From: Raillietiella orientalis
Lineage: Eukaryota
Assembly: GCA_036172245.1 (NCBI GenBank)
Contig: JAYWIR010000002.1
Coordinates: 5,084,001 to 5,148,000 of the forward strand
Length of the DNA: 64,000 nucleotides
Reading direction: 5' to 3'
Shown: piece after piece, positions 51,390 to 63,857 of the stretch
Layout: every line of letters begins with the position of its first letter
How positions within the stretch are numbered: position 1 is the stretch's first letter
The notes under the pieces: generated by a model
Database searches by the model: none
Told to the model about the DNA's origin: nothing
The model's input: the letters and a program-made list of their open reading frames with translations, nothing else
Made by a program: the position numbers and the translations under genes

Positions 51390-52150
51390 CGCGTGATGGT
51401 CCAGGACATGCGGCAGCTCACCACACAAGTCGGCGCTTGGATCGAGTGGCCGCACGTGTTCTACCAAGCCCACAGGAGGAGGCTCAACGGAACCGACAGC
51501 CTCATGGACCAGCGGGACAATGGACCAAACAGGATCGACCCAACATGGAGCAGAAAGCAGCATCTAAAGCAAGAAGCGAAACTGAAGATCGTGCCCATGA
51601 GTAGGAAACTCTTGGCCAAGGAACTGAAAGTGATCATTCAACTCCTCATAAGCGTGCCACGGAAGAATGGCTCCAGAGGAAGACAACACTCACCACCAGA
51701 GCATGTGAGGACCTTGAAACCATGTGAGGACCTCCACGAGGTGCGAGTTTGCCCTTCAAGCGCCGGATGCAAGGGTGGACGACCTACAAGTTCTCCGAAC
51801 TCTGACAGGACCAGGGCTCGCAGTGGACCAGAGCCAACCCCGAGCACTGGATGACCAAATCAAGCAGCGCATCATCCGCTTAAGACGCCCTTGAATCGAC
51901 GTGGACAAGGTCTGGACAACCGACCTTGAACCCACACGCCACCTTAACCATCCTGCGAAGGTTCGAACTGCCGCCAGAGATCCAGGACTGCCTCCTAATG
52001 TTTCATCACGGAGGGATCATGTGCAGCACGAGGTTCCGACATTGGACCGGGAACCCTAAGGACGAAATGTTCCGCATGCTGGAGCGTTCAAGATGACATC
52101 CACTTGTACAGCTGCAGAAGTCTCTCCCAAGGCTGAAGAGTGGTCAAGCA
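51390..52150 (+). mobile_element. Heavily decayed RT of a possible R4-like non-LTR element
   Basis: NGPNRIDPTWSRK (PGPDxIxxxWxK), WLQRKTTL, PHATLTILRRFELPPEI; many frameshifts. Confidence 0.35.
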
Positions 52151-52659
52151 GGTGATGGAATTACTCGCATAGTTCATAATCGAGAATTTTCCGCAGAGAA
52201 GTCGTCCTTGTGTGCAGCCCCACGTTGAGCCCACTTCTTGCGAAGCATCCTCATCAGGAGGACACAGCTTCGCAGGGGTGTACAGGTTTCTTCAAGGGAG
52301 GGGACTCTTTGATGGGAGGTCTGGCTCTCTCTGAAGAGAGAGCCAGACCACGTGCTCCGTGTGCAGTGATGCGTTTCCACACTGCTGGAAGGAAGAGTGC
52401 ATGTTTACATAATCTTGTACTTGCGATATATGCTGCTGAGTATTTTGTTGTTTTGTTTGTTTTTATAAACACAGTTGCCATAATCTACGCAGTCTTGCCA
52501 ACTTCTCATCAAGCCGCACACATCGAAACATGACCTGAAACTTGCGAATGCAGCAGTGATTTTTGGAATGAAGATAGCCACGAAGTTACCACACGTATAA
52601 AGTTACATTTGGGTCTTCGCTCGTGGTCATTCATCCGGGTAAACAGGGGCTTTTATTAT

Positions 52660-55600
52660 TAAAAAAACATTCTTACAATTGTAAATTGCAGTCGTCTGTA
52701 TTTGTGTTCCTTTCAGAACACATTTTTCTTATTTTCTTATGCACGTGTCCTTTCCGACTGGTAAGGCCTTCTCCACTGGCGAGGGGGACGGGAAAAAGAG
52801 AAAAAAAAAAAACAAAAATAAAAAAAGTAAAAACGCTTGGGGGACAATGTTTATGGGGAGGGGAGGGGAGGGGAGGGAAGGGATCACTGTTCGCCGAGGG
52901 GAGGTCTCTGCATCTGGTTCCGGATGCGAACAAGTGCTGGCAGAATTTTACTCAACCGGCACCAACGGGAAGCCTTCTCCATGGAGATGACTGCACAGTG
53001 GATGGCATTCCGACTACTGCGGCCTCTTATTGACGCGTTCCACTTGTCCAATATTCCCCGTATGCAGCAGAGAACTGCAACACACGCGGCACCTGGCAGG
53101 GAGTTCCGCATCAAGAGGCGCCGAAAAATATTTTTAGGGTCGCCCACCGGTACGTTTATGGCCGAAGAGAGTCGATCCCACGTGAGGCGGAGGGCAACAC
53201 ACTCGATTAGTAAGTGGGGGAAGGTTTCCGTTTCCCCACACTCTGTACAATGGGCATCCAATCTCCTCAATGTCCAGTGAGAGAGGCGTGCTCTGCTCAA
53301 AAGTCCCCAATGGAACACAAGCAGCGCCGTCTCCTGCCAATCCAAAGGGAGGGTGCCACTGTCTCAATACGCCGGGGGCCACTTCACCTCCGGAGGCATG
53401 CCGAGCGACTCGCCCCAGCGCACAATTCCATTTGGCGGGACACTCGGGGTTCTAGCGTCCTCTAGTTCTCCCATTGTCCAACCGCTCATTTTCTTCTCTC
53501 TGCCCGCGATCCGACTGGAGACTTGCCACTTCGGCGTCCGACCGCTGACGAGGGCCCTCCGTGGGAAGGGCAGCGCCGTAGCTAAAGGGGTGATCTCTGC
53601 TCATGTGCTCCTTGCGGGACACTCCAGAATGGTCCGCAGTGAACAGGGGGCGTTTTTCGAAAAACTCATGCAGTTCTAGCTGTTATTTTTCGATGTGTTA
53701 ATCTTCGCCCACGTGCCTACAGATTCCTCCAGCCATGCGGAGGAGTTGTTAGGGCTGCATACCATCCAGCCGTTCTCCTTGGCTAGTGAACCATGCATCC
53801 AAGGAGAAGGCCGCATCTTCTGATCTTCCGGCCAGGGCACAGAAGATGAGACGCGAGTCCTTGCGTCCTGGATACACGGCTAGCTAGGAGGCGAGACGGA
53901 ACGCACCAAGGGGTGCTCCACAACTTCGTTACGATAGCCATGGTGCACCATCGCAGCTGGATTTCCAAGCGCTCCATCGTCAGGAGTCCGAGACCGCCGT
54001 CCCGACGCGGAGCGCATATGTCCTGCAGCTTCATTAGGGGCCTCCCGTTGCCCCACAGGGCGATACGGAGGAGGTCCTTGGTTCGCTTCTTCAACTGGGG
54101 TTGGGGACGGAACAAACAAAAAGCAGGGGGCAGAGGATGGGAGCCGCGAATGCGTTCCATACCGCGGCACCTCCCTGCAAGAGGAAGTTGCCTTCCAGGA
54201 ACGGGCCGATCACCAGCTCTATTTTCTGGAGACGACCTGACCAGGTTCCTAAAGGGCAGAAGTCCCTCAACGGAACGTCTAGGTACTTCAGGTACCTGGC
54301 TGTGGGGATCCCCAAGCGGATCCAGTCAGGCCGTCCAACACACGTCGCACCAACCGACACCACCGACGACTTTGGACTTTGCCTTGTTCACCCGCAGTTC
54401 CGTTCCGCGGCCCAGCAGATAGATAAAACTCTCGACTGCGGAAGCCGGGGCGGACATGGGCAACAAGAGCAGAAGATCGTCGGCATACGCCGATACGGCA
54501 GGCGTACCGAGGCACGAGCTCGTCAAGGCAGCCAAAGTCACCCTGTACGCTCTCAGCACCAACTCAAAGTAGGTGCTAAAGAGCAGACTCAGGCTGTCGT
54601 CCTGCCGTATGCCCCGCCACACCGGCACGCCGTACACTTTTTGTCTGCTGAAAGAGACGTTTATCAGCTCATTGCGCCAGCAGGAGCGCAGGTAGGAGTG
54701 TAAGGAGGGTGGGAAGTCCATGTGATATAGGTGCTCCAGAAGAAGCTCCTGGTCCACGCAGTCGAACCCCTTGTGGAGATCAACTGCGATCGCTAGGGCC
54801 CCCTTTCCCTCCCGGGTTTCCCTTCCCTGCCCGGCTGGCGGCCCCAAAGTGGGGTTGCCGATCTTCCCGTTTCCTCTCTTCTGGCACCGCTGCACATGGA
54901 ACCATGTGCTCGCGAAAAAGAGGTTGGCCTCCATATTTAGCCCGGGAACAGCGTAAGTCTGCTCTGGGCTAATTATGGAGTCTGCCACCTCCCCCAAATG
55001 CGACGCCCACAGCCCGTCAATCAACTTAGCGTCCGTATTCACAATCGTGATCGGACGCCAGTTGCTGAGTTTCTTGAGGTCTCCTCCCTTCGGAAGGAGC
55101 CTCGCCCTGGCCGACCGAAACGAAGCGGGAACATCGCCTTCGTCTCAGATGAGCCCTGTCAACTCGAGCACCAGGGGGGCCAGCTCTGCCGCGAAGCACT
55201 GAAAGAACTCCGCGGGCAGGCCGTCCTTCCCTGGCGTCTTACGCCTCTTGAGCTTTTGGATACCTGCGAGAATTCGCTGGTGGTAAAAGGCTCGTCGAGA
55301 CTTAGAATCTCCTCCTCCCCTATTGCAGGGGCTCCATCTGGAAGCAAGCTCCGGGAGGCGTCTCGTTCCGGTGGAGCCCTGGCGTGAAGGGAGGAATAAA
55401 AACAACGCACGAGATTCCGTACCGCAGCCGGGGACGAACATTCCCAGCCCAGATCGTCCAGCAAGCTGGCCGACCCGGATTGCCAGGCTTGGCGCTCGGC
55501 CCTGGCTCGGTATTCTGCAAGGCGACGGACATTGGGGGTCCTCTCGTAGAGGCGCGCGTGTAAATACGCGCGCTCGTTGCGAGCCCCTTCGCCAAATCCC

Positions 55601-57250
55601 CGGGACAGGCGGTCCATGGGGAACTGCTCACAGAACTCGCGGACCGAGTCCTTAAAAAGGTCCCAGTCGGCGAGACTCTGGAGCGTGACGCCTCTCAGGA
55701 ATTCGCGAAGTTGTTCTTTCGCACCTAAGAGTCGCGTCGCATCGCCAGTACAACCAATGAACTTTAACGCCAGGCGGCAGGAACCGTTCCATGCCTGGGC
55801 AAGGCAACAGGATGTTTCCCTTTTGGAACTCCGTTGTGCCAACCTCTCTCCGTACTGTACGGTGGAGGAGGTCTGGAATAACCAGGAGAAGTTGACTCGC
55901 CTGGCTGTCACGCCCCTCGCCGACGCGCTGTCATCCCTCAGGGCAAGTGATGACAGCTGCCTACCGGAGAGGTGAGAGGTCGCCTGGACCATCGCAGGAG
56001 CAACCCGACCCATGGGCAACTGGAGGACTAGCGAGCTGGCCGCCACGCCTCGCAGCATCGCGAAGGGACTCCTTCGGTGGAGAGAACTTTTGAGTGTGTC
56101 TTCCGAAGAACTTGTGGTCCCTCCCTCCTGCTTGAACACTTCTGTGTTCCCTTTAACTTGGAAACAGGACGTCACGATGCTGGTGCATTGGGGTTTTCAC
56201 TCCAACCAGCGCACGAACCGTGTTTCCAGGGGAGTTGTCTCCCTGAACCGCAAAAGGTGCAGAGAAGTAGAAACGCTCCCGCACCTGCTCCTGGACTGCG
56301 GTGCCCTCCTAGGACTTTGGCGGAGGCTGGCCTCAGCTCTCCTGCACCAGGGGGACACCGCGAGGGACTTGATGCACCGCTTCTTCACGCCAGGCGGCCT
56401 GTCCTTAGGTGCTGTTATTGCAACAGTCTGTTGCACCCGCGCCATCGACAAGGCCCACCGAGAGCTGGAGAGGCAGGTGATTCGACGAGGCCACCGGAAT
56501 AGCCGACGAGAACATGACGTCGGCTGCCGAGTGGGCCCATCTTCCAGAGGACGTGAGGAGCAAGATCTCTGGCATCTACCGCCGGTTCTGAAGGAAAGGA
56601 ACGGCCGGAACCAAAGACCCCTGTCCCCTACCCTTCCTATATCTTTATTTATATTTTTTATATATGTATTTGTGGTCCTCTCCCTCCCGTTCCGGACTTT
56701 CGGTCTACCGACCTGCGTGTCGTGGATTCCTCCATTCGTTTTTCTGTGTCCTTTGTCCGGGAACCCTGTTCCCGGATAGTTTAGTAAGCCCGGGAGCACC
56801 CGGGTGGGAAACAACCGACCCCCCGCGATCGTTTTGATCTCCTGGACGTCTGCTGCGGTGATCACGTGGACCTCCTACAGGAGCGCCAGGTCGAATTCTC
56901 TCAGGGTGTCGGCCGTATCTCGTCTGTTACCGTCGTTGCGCAGCCCGTTGACATTCCAACAGGCCACGCGGATACGACGGCGACAATGAATCCAGATGTT
57001 TGCCTGTGAACCTGACAGTGCGGATCCCACCACCTGTTATGACGGGACGCTAGAAGGGGGTGGTGTTTCTCCCACCTGCTCCTTCTCCTCCATACGTGCC
57101 GACGTGTCCGGCTCCTCGCACGAAGATAATGTTTCGCCTACCTGTACGCCCTCCTCCATAGGGGCGGGCTGTTCAGGCTCAGCGCATGCAGGGGGTACTT
57201 CTCTCCTCTGCGCACCCTCCTCCATGGAAGTCTGTATGCGAAGGACGATG
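52660..57250 (-). mobile_element. Most complete Tx1/L1-clade LINE: end of ORF1, APE start, RT, zinc finger, 3' UTR (decayed)
   Basis: IRVACWNVNGLR (~56960); KTPGKDGLPAEFF, NWRPITIVNTDAKL, QTYAVPG, VDLHKGFDCVD, RGIRQDDSLS, AYADDL, VNKAKS, GGLGL, CTECGETETFPHLLIEC; three ~22-aa repeats at the putative ORF1 end (57037-57230). Confidence 0.92.
56030..56780 (+). mobile_element. Tx1-like 3' fragment nested in opposite orientation in the APE region of the long copy
   Basis: CREVETLPHLLLDCGALLGLW, polypyrimidine tract, terminal hairpin at 56756-56776. Confidence 0.8.
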
Positions 57251-57699
57251 AAATGACCCAATCTGAAATGTGAGCTTCAGGAAGATCTCGGAACCATTGT
57301 GGACAGTTGCCAGTCAGAAAGCCCCGAAAACAATCCGTTGACAGAGGATCAACTCAAAGAGAATGCTATCCTAACCCCTTCTTTGTCCAACTCAAGTCTG
57401 CTTGTTGAGGAGGGGGCATGTTTGGAGTCAGTTACCATGAAAAGGCGACCTCCGAAGGGTCACTGACTCGCGAGAGTGCTTTGGTCTCGTCAGAGACAAG
57501 TTTTTTGTTTTTTTTTTGTGGACGCTGTGGTTTTCCCGTGGAGGGGTCAAGGGCACGATATCAACTCCTCACTTTCCTGGAGGAAGCATAGGAGTTGTTC
57601 CCAGAGAGATCCCGAACCGCGCGGGTCCGAGCTGGCCACCCGCGGGATCGCAGAGTGAGGTGGCGGCCGCTGCCGCTGTCCGTGGTGTCCTCCAGGGCA

Positions 57700-57960
57700 A
57701 AGCAGAGATGCGGCTCTACATGGCCCATGGCTACAAGTCTTCTCTTCCTTACAAGGCAGGAAGACTGTGGAGGAATGGGAATGCGTACTCGTTTGCTGCA
57801 AGAGTTCAGCGTGAGTAAGGAAGAGCCTGAGGGGCTCTCACTGCCGAGCGGTGAAAACGTCGAGTTCAGCTGCAAGGACGTGGTGGTGGTTCGGAGACTT
57901 TTAGGGTCTCCGCTGGCCATCAAGGACCAAAAACTCTTCCTCGTAACGGAAAAAACTCTC
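57700..57960 (+). mobile_element. Possible Tx1-type ORF1 N-terminal (RRM-like) fragment
   Basis: LLQEFSVSKEEPEGLSLPSGENVEFSCKDVVVVRRLLGSPLAIKDQKLFL; GC-rich like the adjacent LINE copies. Confidence 0.3.
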
Positions 57961-59239
57961 CAGAAGACGGAAGAGCAGGTCATCCAAGAGCATCCGAGTC
58001 GTGCCACCGTGCACTTACTGTTGCGCAAGGGAAACCTCTGCCCCGTTGCGAAGGACTGTTCAGTGGCCTTCTTTGTGACCAGCTGCTCCTTTCATTCTAC
58101 GTGGTCTGGGAGGGATCAGGGTGCGGGAACCCATGATGCAGTTTATTGAAACTTTTAACTTCTGACGTCATCCGTCAGAAGTTTTGTCCATTCCACTTGC
58201 ACCTCCCAATGGGATCTGAGAGCAAGCGGGGGAACAGAATTGTGTTCCAACTGAAATTGAATTCCTCGCTATGTTCTATCGATAAATTTTGTTTTCGAAG
58301 GATCCATCATCCTGTAGAAGGAAAGTGGAGTTTGGCCACAGGACATTGGAGGTACTTGTACTCGTGCTCACAGTTTAGCGACAAGGAAATGCAACGGTCA
58401 AGAGCCACTGAGCGTCTGTGGGAATCCCGAACTGCACAGAAACTTGGATGGTTCCGGGATATTTCCAGTTCTGACAAAAGTTTCCTGAGGGCAGCTGGTC
58501 AGAATGGTAAGTGAAGTGGTGGGCAAGCATGCGAAACATGTGCGCGCTAATTACTCAAACCCGTAGCAAGGTCCGCTACCCCTGTATTTATTGCAAATTT
58601 CTCTGATTCGGCTTTTAATTGGAGTTCTGCTTCTTCTTCTCCCCCCCCCCCCCCTACCTTCCCTGAAATGAGGGTAAAATCTTGAGATGAAGCTGCTAGT
58701 AGAGAAAAAGTGAACTTTGAGAATTCCGGAATGTTGTAGTTGTTGCCTACGACCCTTTCCATAGAAATTGCATTTTGTCTTGACAAACCAAAACTTCTGC
58801 AGCACTCTCATAATGCTGTCTGCTTGCTGTCTTCTGGGTTCGGCTCATCATCAGAACGACGGAAAGCGCGTGTGCTGTGACTCCCGTAGATGGGTTTCCG
58901 TCCGCACACAGCTGCTATGTGAAAATGACCCTCGTCTTTTCAGCCGTTTTCCCGAAAGTGCTAGCAAAATCCTTGCAAGTCGTCCTCTTAAGAGATGTTG
59001 AACATCGTGGCGGAATTGTAAAACACGTAATGTGACCTTTTTTGATGCTCCGGCGTGCTCGACCTCATTTAGAGAAGCGTTTCCCAAACTTTTCCTGTGA
59101 CGGAACACTTCACATATCCTGAAATTTCAACGGAATACCTTCGGTATTTTATAGGGTAGGTAGATATTAATGATAAATAAATTAAGCAAGTAAAATATAA
59201 TAGTTGATAAAACAAACATTTATTCTCGAATTTTAATTA

Positions 59240-60600
59240 TGTGAAATTTTCATAATTTTTCACGGAACACGGTCTGAGAAACACGGATATAGAGAATGTC
59301 CCGGATGGTCGCAATCTCTCTAGGATAGGTACTTTGACAAGGAAACTAGCTCTTGGATACCCTGTATCTGTTCCTATGTCGCTTTTAGATTCCGTGCCTT
59401 CCAAATGCGGGAACTGGGGTTTTATTACTTGGAAAGAATTGACCTGTACATATAGTTTCTCACTTTGTATCCAAGTTGAGAATATCAGATTGAAATCTCG
59501 TCTCGAACTTACACCGAGTTTCCCAAGAACTCCATCAATCATAGCATCTTCTTTTTGTTTTTGTTTTGCCTTACATACGTCATGGCAGAGGGTGAGATTC
59601 CTTATCTTGCTTATCCTTTCTTGGATGTTGAGAGATGGACCCTAAAAATTGAGAGTTTTTGGTTTCAAGCAAGCCTTCCAATCTTCCTACGAACAATGCT
59701 GCAAAGTTCTCGGCATAAACTGCAATCACTGCGCTCTGTAAGAATTCAGCATCCTCATAGATGCGATGGAGTATCGAGAGAGGGAAGCTCGACAGTGTTC
59801 TTGATGCCACGAGCCATGCTTCAGTCCCTTCAGTCACCTGATCTGTGAAAATTCCATTGGCTTCTGTCATTGGTTTTGTGATGAGAGCAGTCGTAGGCGC
59901 TCATCGCCGAGAATGGATCCGTAAGGGCTTTAACAAACGCATTCGACGGCATGTAAGGGAAGACAGTGGACTTAAGAAGTATGGGTCCTCAGTAGCAGAA
60001 GTGTCCCGTGAAGGGGCTTACTCCTCTGTCTCTGAAAGTTCTGCGAGAGATTATCCATTCGAGATCGAGCAAATAGTTCGAGAAATCACCAGAAAGGACA
60101 GAAGCACCGATCTCCCTATTGGATGGAAAAGTCGCGAATGCCTCTGCAGCGTCCATTTAGAGCATTCTGGTCCTTGTTCCAAACGAAACACCTATCGAAT
60201 GCGTTGTACTATATGTGTAGCTGGACAAACTATCCTAGAAACGGGTCCGCAAGAGCAAAGAAAACAGATCAACGTCTTCCTCGGACAGGCTGGGTAGCGG
60301 CGGTAGGAATAGCGAATACAACACTATGGACATCGAATGTACACTGTGGTCCCTGCAGCAACAGGAACGACCATGGATAAGGTAGGAAAGCTTGGAGAAT
60401 TTGGTTAATGTCCTTCTTCTCCGACTATTGCCCTCCGACTCGGCGTTTCTTCTAACATTTTTCTGGCCTGATAAAGAATTTCCTACCAGGTGGTCATTTG
60501 ATGAATAACGTGGAGAATCTCCCATAGGATTTATTTGGATCGCAACAAATTGAGAACAAAGGTGTTATCTAACGAAGAGCCGTGATCCTCGTGATTCGCA
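59240..60600 (-). pseudogene. Best-preserved nucleoprotein-like EVE (family A), ~400 codons with stops and frameshifts
   Basis: LSSYTYSTT...GVSPFTGHFCY*GPILLKSTVFPYMPSNAFVKALTDPFSAMSAY parallels bornavirus N VASYAQMTT...FPF...[28 protein letters not shown] (from memory); intronless. Confidence 0.6.
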
Positions 60601-60799
60601 TTCCAATCTAACCTAGCATTACTGCATTTCTGTTTCCTGTTGTTCCTATTCCGTTCTGTTTCAGTCGCTTTAAGTGTGTCTCTGCGTGGGAGGGAGGTGT
60701 CGGTTATGAACGATCCCTGATGCTGCCCTCGGTCCAGTGAGTTCTCTAGGATAGTTGCGTCTGTTCACATTCAACCATGTAAATCTGTGGGCAATTCAA

Positions 60800-61900
60800 C
60801 GACTTTTCTCATCGCTATCAATGAAGTCCAGAAGCTTCCACCTGCTGCAGAGTAGCACGTAACCGTGGAGATCAGTTCTCTGCCACTTCTGCCCAAAGTT
60901 GTGGAAAAAATGTCTGCATTTGTATTGGCTGATGAAGTCTCCTGAGTTTTGTGCTTGTTCAGACATATCGAGTATCGTGTTATCTTAGGGTTCGTACAAC
61001 TTTTATCTGATCGGATCACGCCCTGCTTGCTTAATGGCTCCTTTTATTGCCAATTGGAAAAAAAAAAGAAAGGCAACTACATGCGCCTACATGGGCGCAC
61101 TGTCGCTAGACGATCGTTCTTTCAGTCCTTCAACTTTCATACCAGAGCACTTTGGAGAGCGTATCGTCAGGCCAAATTCGACTTAGCCAAATAGGTAATT
61201 GCGTACCCGAATTCCGTCGTTATTCTGGCAACTTCGTCGCCTAACGATGTAGGTCTCCTGGGCCAGTCAAGGCTGCTCTCCACTTGCCAACAGTTGATTT
61301 CATAAAATTTCCGTCATTTTTCAGAAATAACAGACAGAAGGCCTCTCAGAGAAACTAAGTTTGGGATATCTTTCTATACCAGACCTTAGCGCGCTAAGGA
61401 CTGGAGCTATTGCATTCATCACCACGCAGACCATTGAATTATTATCGAGAGAACTAAAGAGGTTTTGTGAACTGAACATGGCATTGGCATTCTTGGAGCT
61501 CCTTCCTCTGATGACATCTTGTAGAGCTATATTACAGGACGAACGAGCTACTTTGTTGTCTAAAAACATAAATGATCTGATAGAGACTGTTGTTCAGACA
61601 CATCTCCACTGTACAGCCATTGTGTTAACGATAGAGCTCATGCGAGTTATCGGATGAGTCGGATCTTCCAGTTGTGCCCCGAACACTGTTGCGATCACTT
61701 GCATTTTGGCTGAAATCCCTTTCTCTTTCTCAGTATTCTCGTGGAGGACTCCGCCTTGAATCGTACAGTAAATAAGATCGAATTAATGTAAGCAGGCGTT
61801 AAGCATTCCATCTATTCTGCATCTACTGTGTGTATACGGTTCCAGGTATAGAGATCTTGCTTTTGTCAAGAAAGACTGACTGACCATGTTTATACGACTG
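60800..61900 (-). pseudogene. Second, more divergent nucleoprotein-like relic in tandem
   Basis: DNNSMVCVVMNAIAPVLSALRSGIERY aligns ungapped with KSTVFPYMPSNAFVKALTDPFSAMSAY (N,A,L,S,Y); long frame with few stops at 61320-61860. Confidence 0.4.
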
Positions 61901-62799
61901 TACTGATGTCACAGAAGAATGATGAATGTCACAGTTGAGAAACTTCACTTATGGGAAACGCATCTCATGGGGACTGGATTTTCAGAGAGGCTATACCTTT
62001 TGGTTTATTGATGAATGACAAAAATTGCACGCTCCATACCTTTCGTGATTCCAAAAGATGGAATGGCTAAAACAAGAGAAAGCTTACGACAGTTCAAAGA
62101 ATGTAGGAAAGTTCTTTTTATTTTTCATCTTTTTTCTCAATCAACATCCTTATCATGTGGTTTCATTCCTGTGTTTTCCTCTAATAAAGGCAGCTGTGGA
62201 AAGAGAGTTCATAGTAACTCATTGCAGATTAATGAATTTTATCAATTAACTGGGATAGGAAGAAGTTGCAAAGAGTGTTCCACACTACATGCACTCTAGG
62301 GATCAAATACCAAAACTGACAATCCAATAGTGAAAATATTTGCCATAGATAAATGCGGATCGAGGTATTCAAAATTAAACTTTGTTCTTTCTTTCCTGCA
62401 AGACTTTTTATTTTGAACTAGTTTGTACAGAGTTTACTGTATACAAAGCGCGTTTCATTACATTGAAGGAAATGCAAATGCATTTATAATATTCTGAGTA
62501 TAATTTAGGCAAATTATCAAATATTTTGAAATAATTCATTTTGGATAGAAATTTATTTAGTGTTTATCTGTTATAATAATTCTTTGAGAGTATCAAGTTA
62601 GTTATGTTTACGTAATGATATGGAACATTACAGGATTCCGCGTCTAGTGTGGTTTTTTTTTTACACAAGTGTACACATTGGATGATTTACCTCACTTTAA
62701 CTATTCGTTGAAGGATTTTGTAAAAACTAGTTGGATTTGCCAGAAACAAATCACATAGGTTGTGATTTGATTATAAGCTTATCAGCTAGATATAAGAGG

Positions 62800-63300
62800 C
62801 AGTACATATGCGTTGACATGTGCATCAGAGTATCACGTTTGCAGCATGCAACTCTGCTTTACAATTATCAGTAACTTAATATCATATCGATTACCATATT
62901 CATTGAATGATTAATTCTGAAGTTTGCTCCTTCATTCGAGGGACATAAATGGTTGCATGTTTTGAATCATTTTGAAACCATCGCCTCTTCCTCTGCCTGT
63001 TGTCTGTGAAAAGCTACGTTATGAAGCGTGATTTCCCTTGAAATGATAAACAGTGTTGAAGTGTCTGGTTTATCGTCGTAAGCAAAAGCAAATCGAACAT
63101 CGATGAAATTCGAATCGATTTGAAATTTAATTTACCTCTATCCCTTGGAACTAGAGATTCCGAGATGTTGAAGCGTTTTTCTTGTTCTTCTGACGAGATG
63201 ATATTCTTGGCAATTCATTTTGCTACTATCGGCGATCCTATCAATTGAATTTAAACAAATCGATAAGGTATGCAGCACTGATCGAAGAAGCCATTCTTTA
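62800..63300 (-). pseudogene. Possible further family-A fragment
   Basis: WLLRSVLHTL...LVRRTRKTLQHLGISS resembles SIVLYSL...LLLRTRF*DSLSSYTYS. Confidence 0.28.
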
Positions 63301-63819
63301 TCATCATTTGGTTAATCATAACGCTTAAAATAAAAAGTGGCGACAGCTAGTGACTAACTTCCACGAAAACTGAAAAACCTGTTTTATACTGAAAGGAAAA
63401 AAAGGAAATAATTTCAGTTAAGAGCCCAGCAGCCCAACGAGGACTTTGGATCGTTTAAGGACCGGCGGTTAGACATCCATCGATGCATAGGAACAGAAAG
63501 AATAATGCAGCATATCTCGATGCAAAGTCCACTCAAACAAAGTCAGTCAGTGGAAGAAGCAAAATATTTTGGCTATTTCTGGATGGGACACCGGCTTTTT
63601 CTTGAGGAAACACTGCTCAATCAATAAGATTTATCAAGGTCTGTAAAGAAAGTAGGAGAATACGTATGGAAGACACCTAGGGAACGACTGGGGATAGTAC
63701 TATTGAAGAAATGTTAAGTTGAAAAGATATGATTCGATATCGGTATGACAAGTAAATCATGTGACAAGGTAAAAACAGCAAAGAGGTCAGATGAAAAAAA
63801 GTGAATGCTGTTTCATATC

Positions 63820-63857
63820 TACCGGATGCTCATGACCTTAGGGATGAGCATCCGGTA
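63820..63857. repeat. Perfect 14-bp inverted repeat
   Basis: taccggatgctcat / atgagcatccggta with a 10-nt loop. Confidence 0.85.

Noticed and set aside
49400..58150. Many overlapping 60-250 aa ORFs on both strands
   Set aside because: Shadow ORFs of GC-rich decayed LINE sequence.
63420..63760. LINE RT thumb remnant (VEEAKYFG)
   Set aside because: One motif only; too degraded to call.
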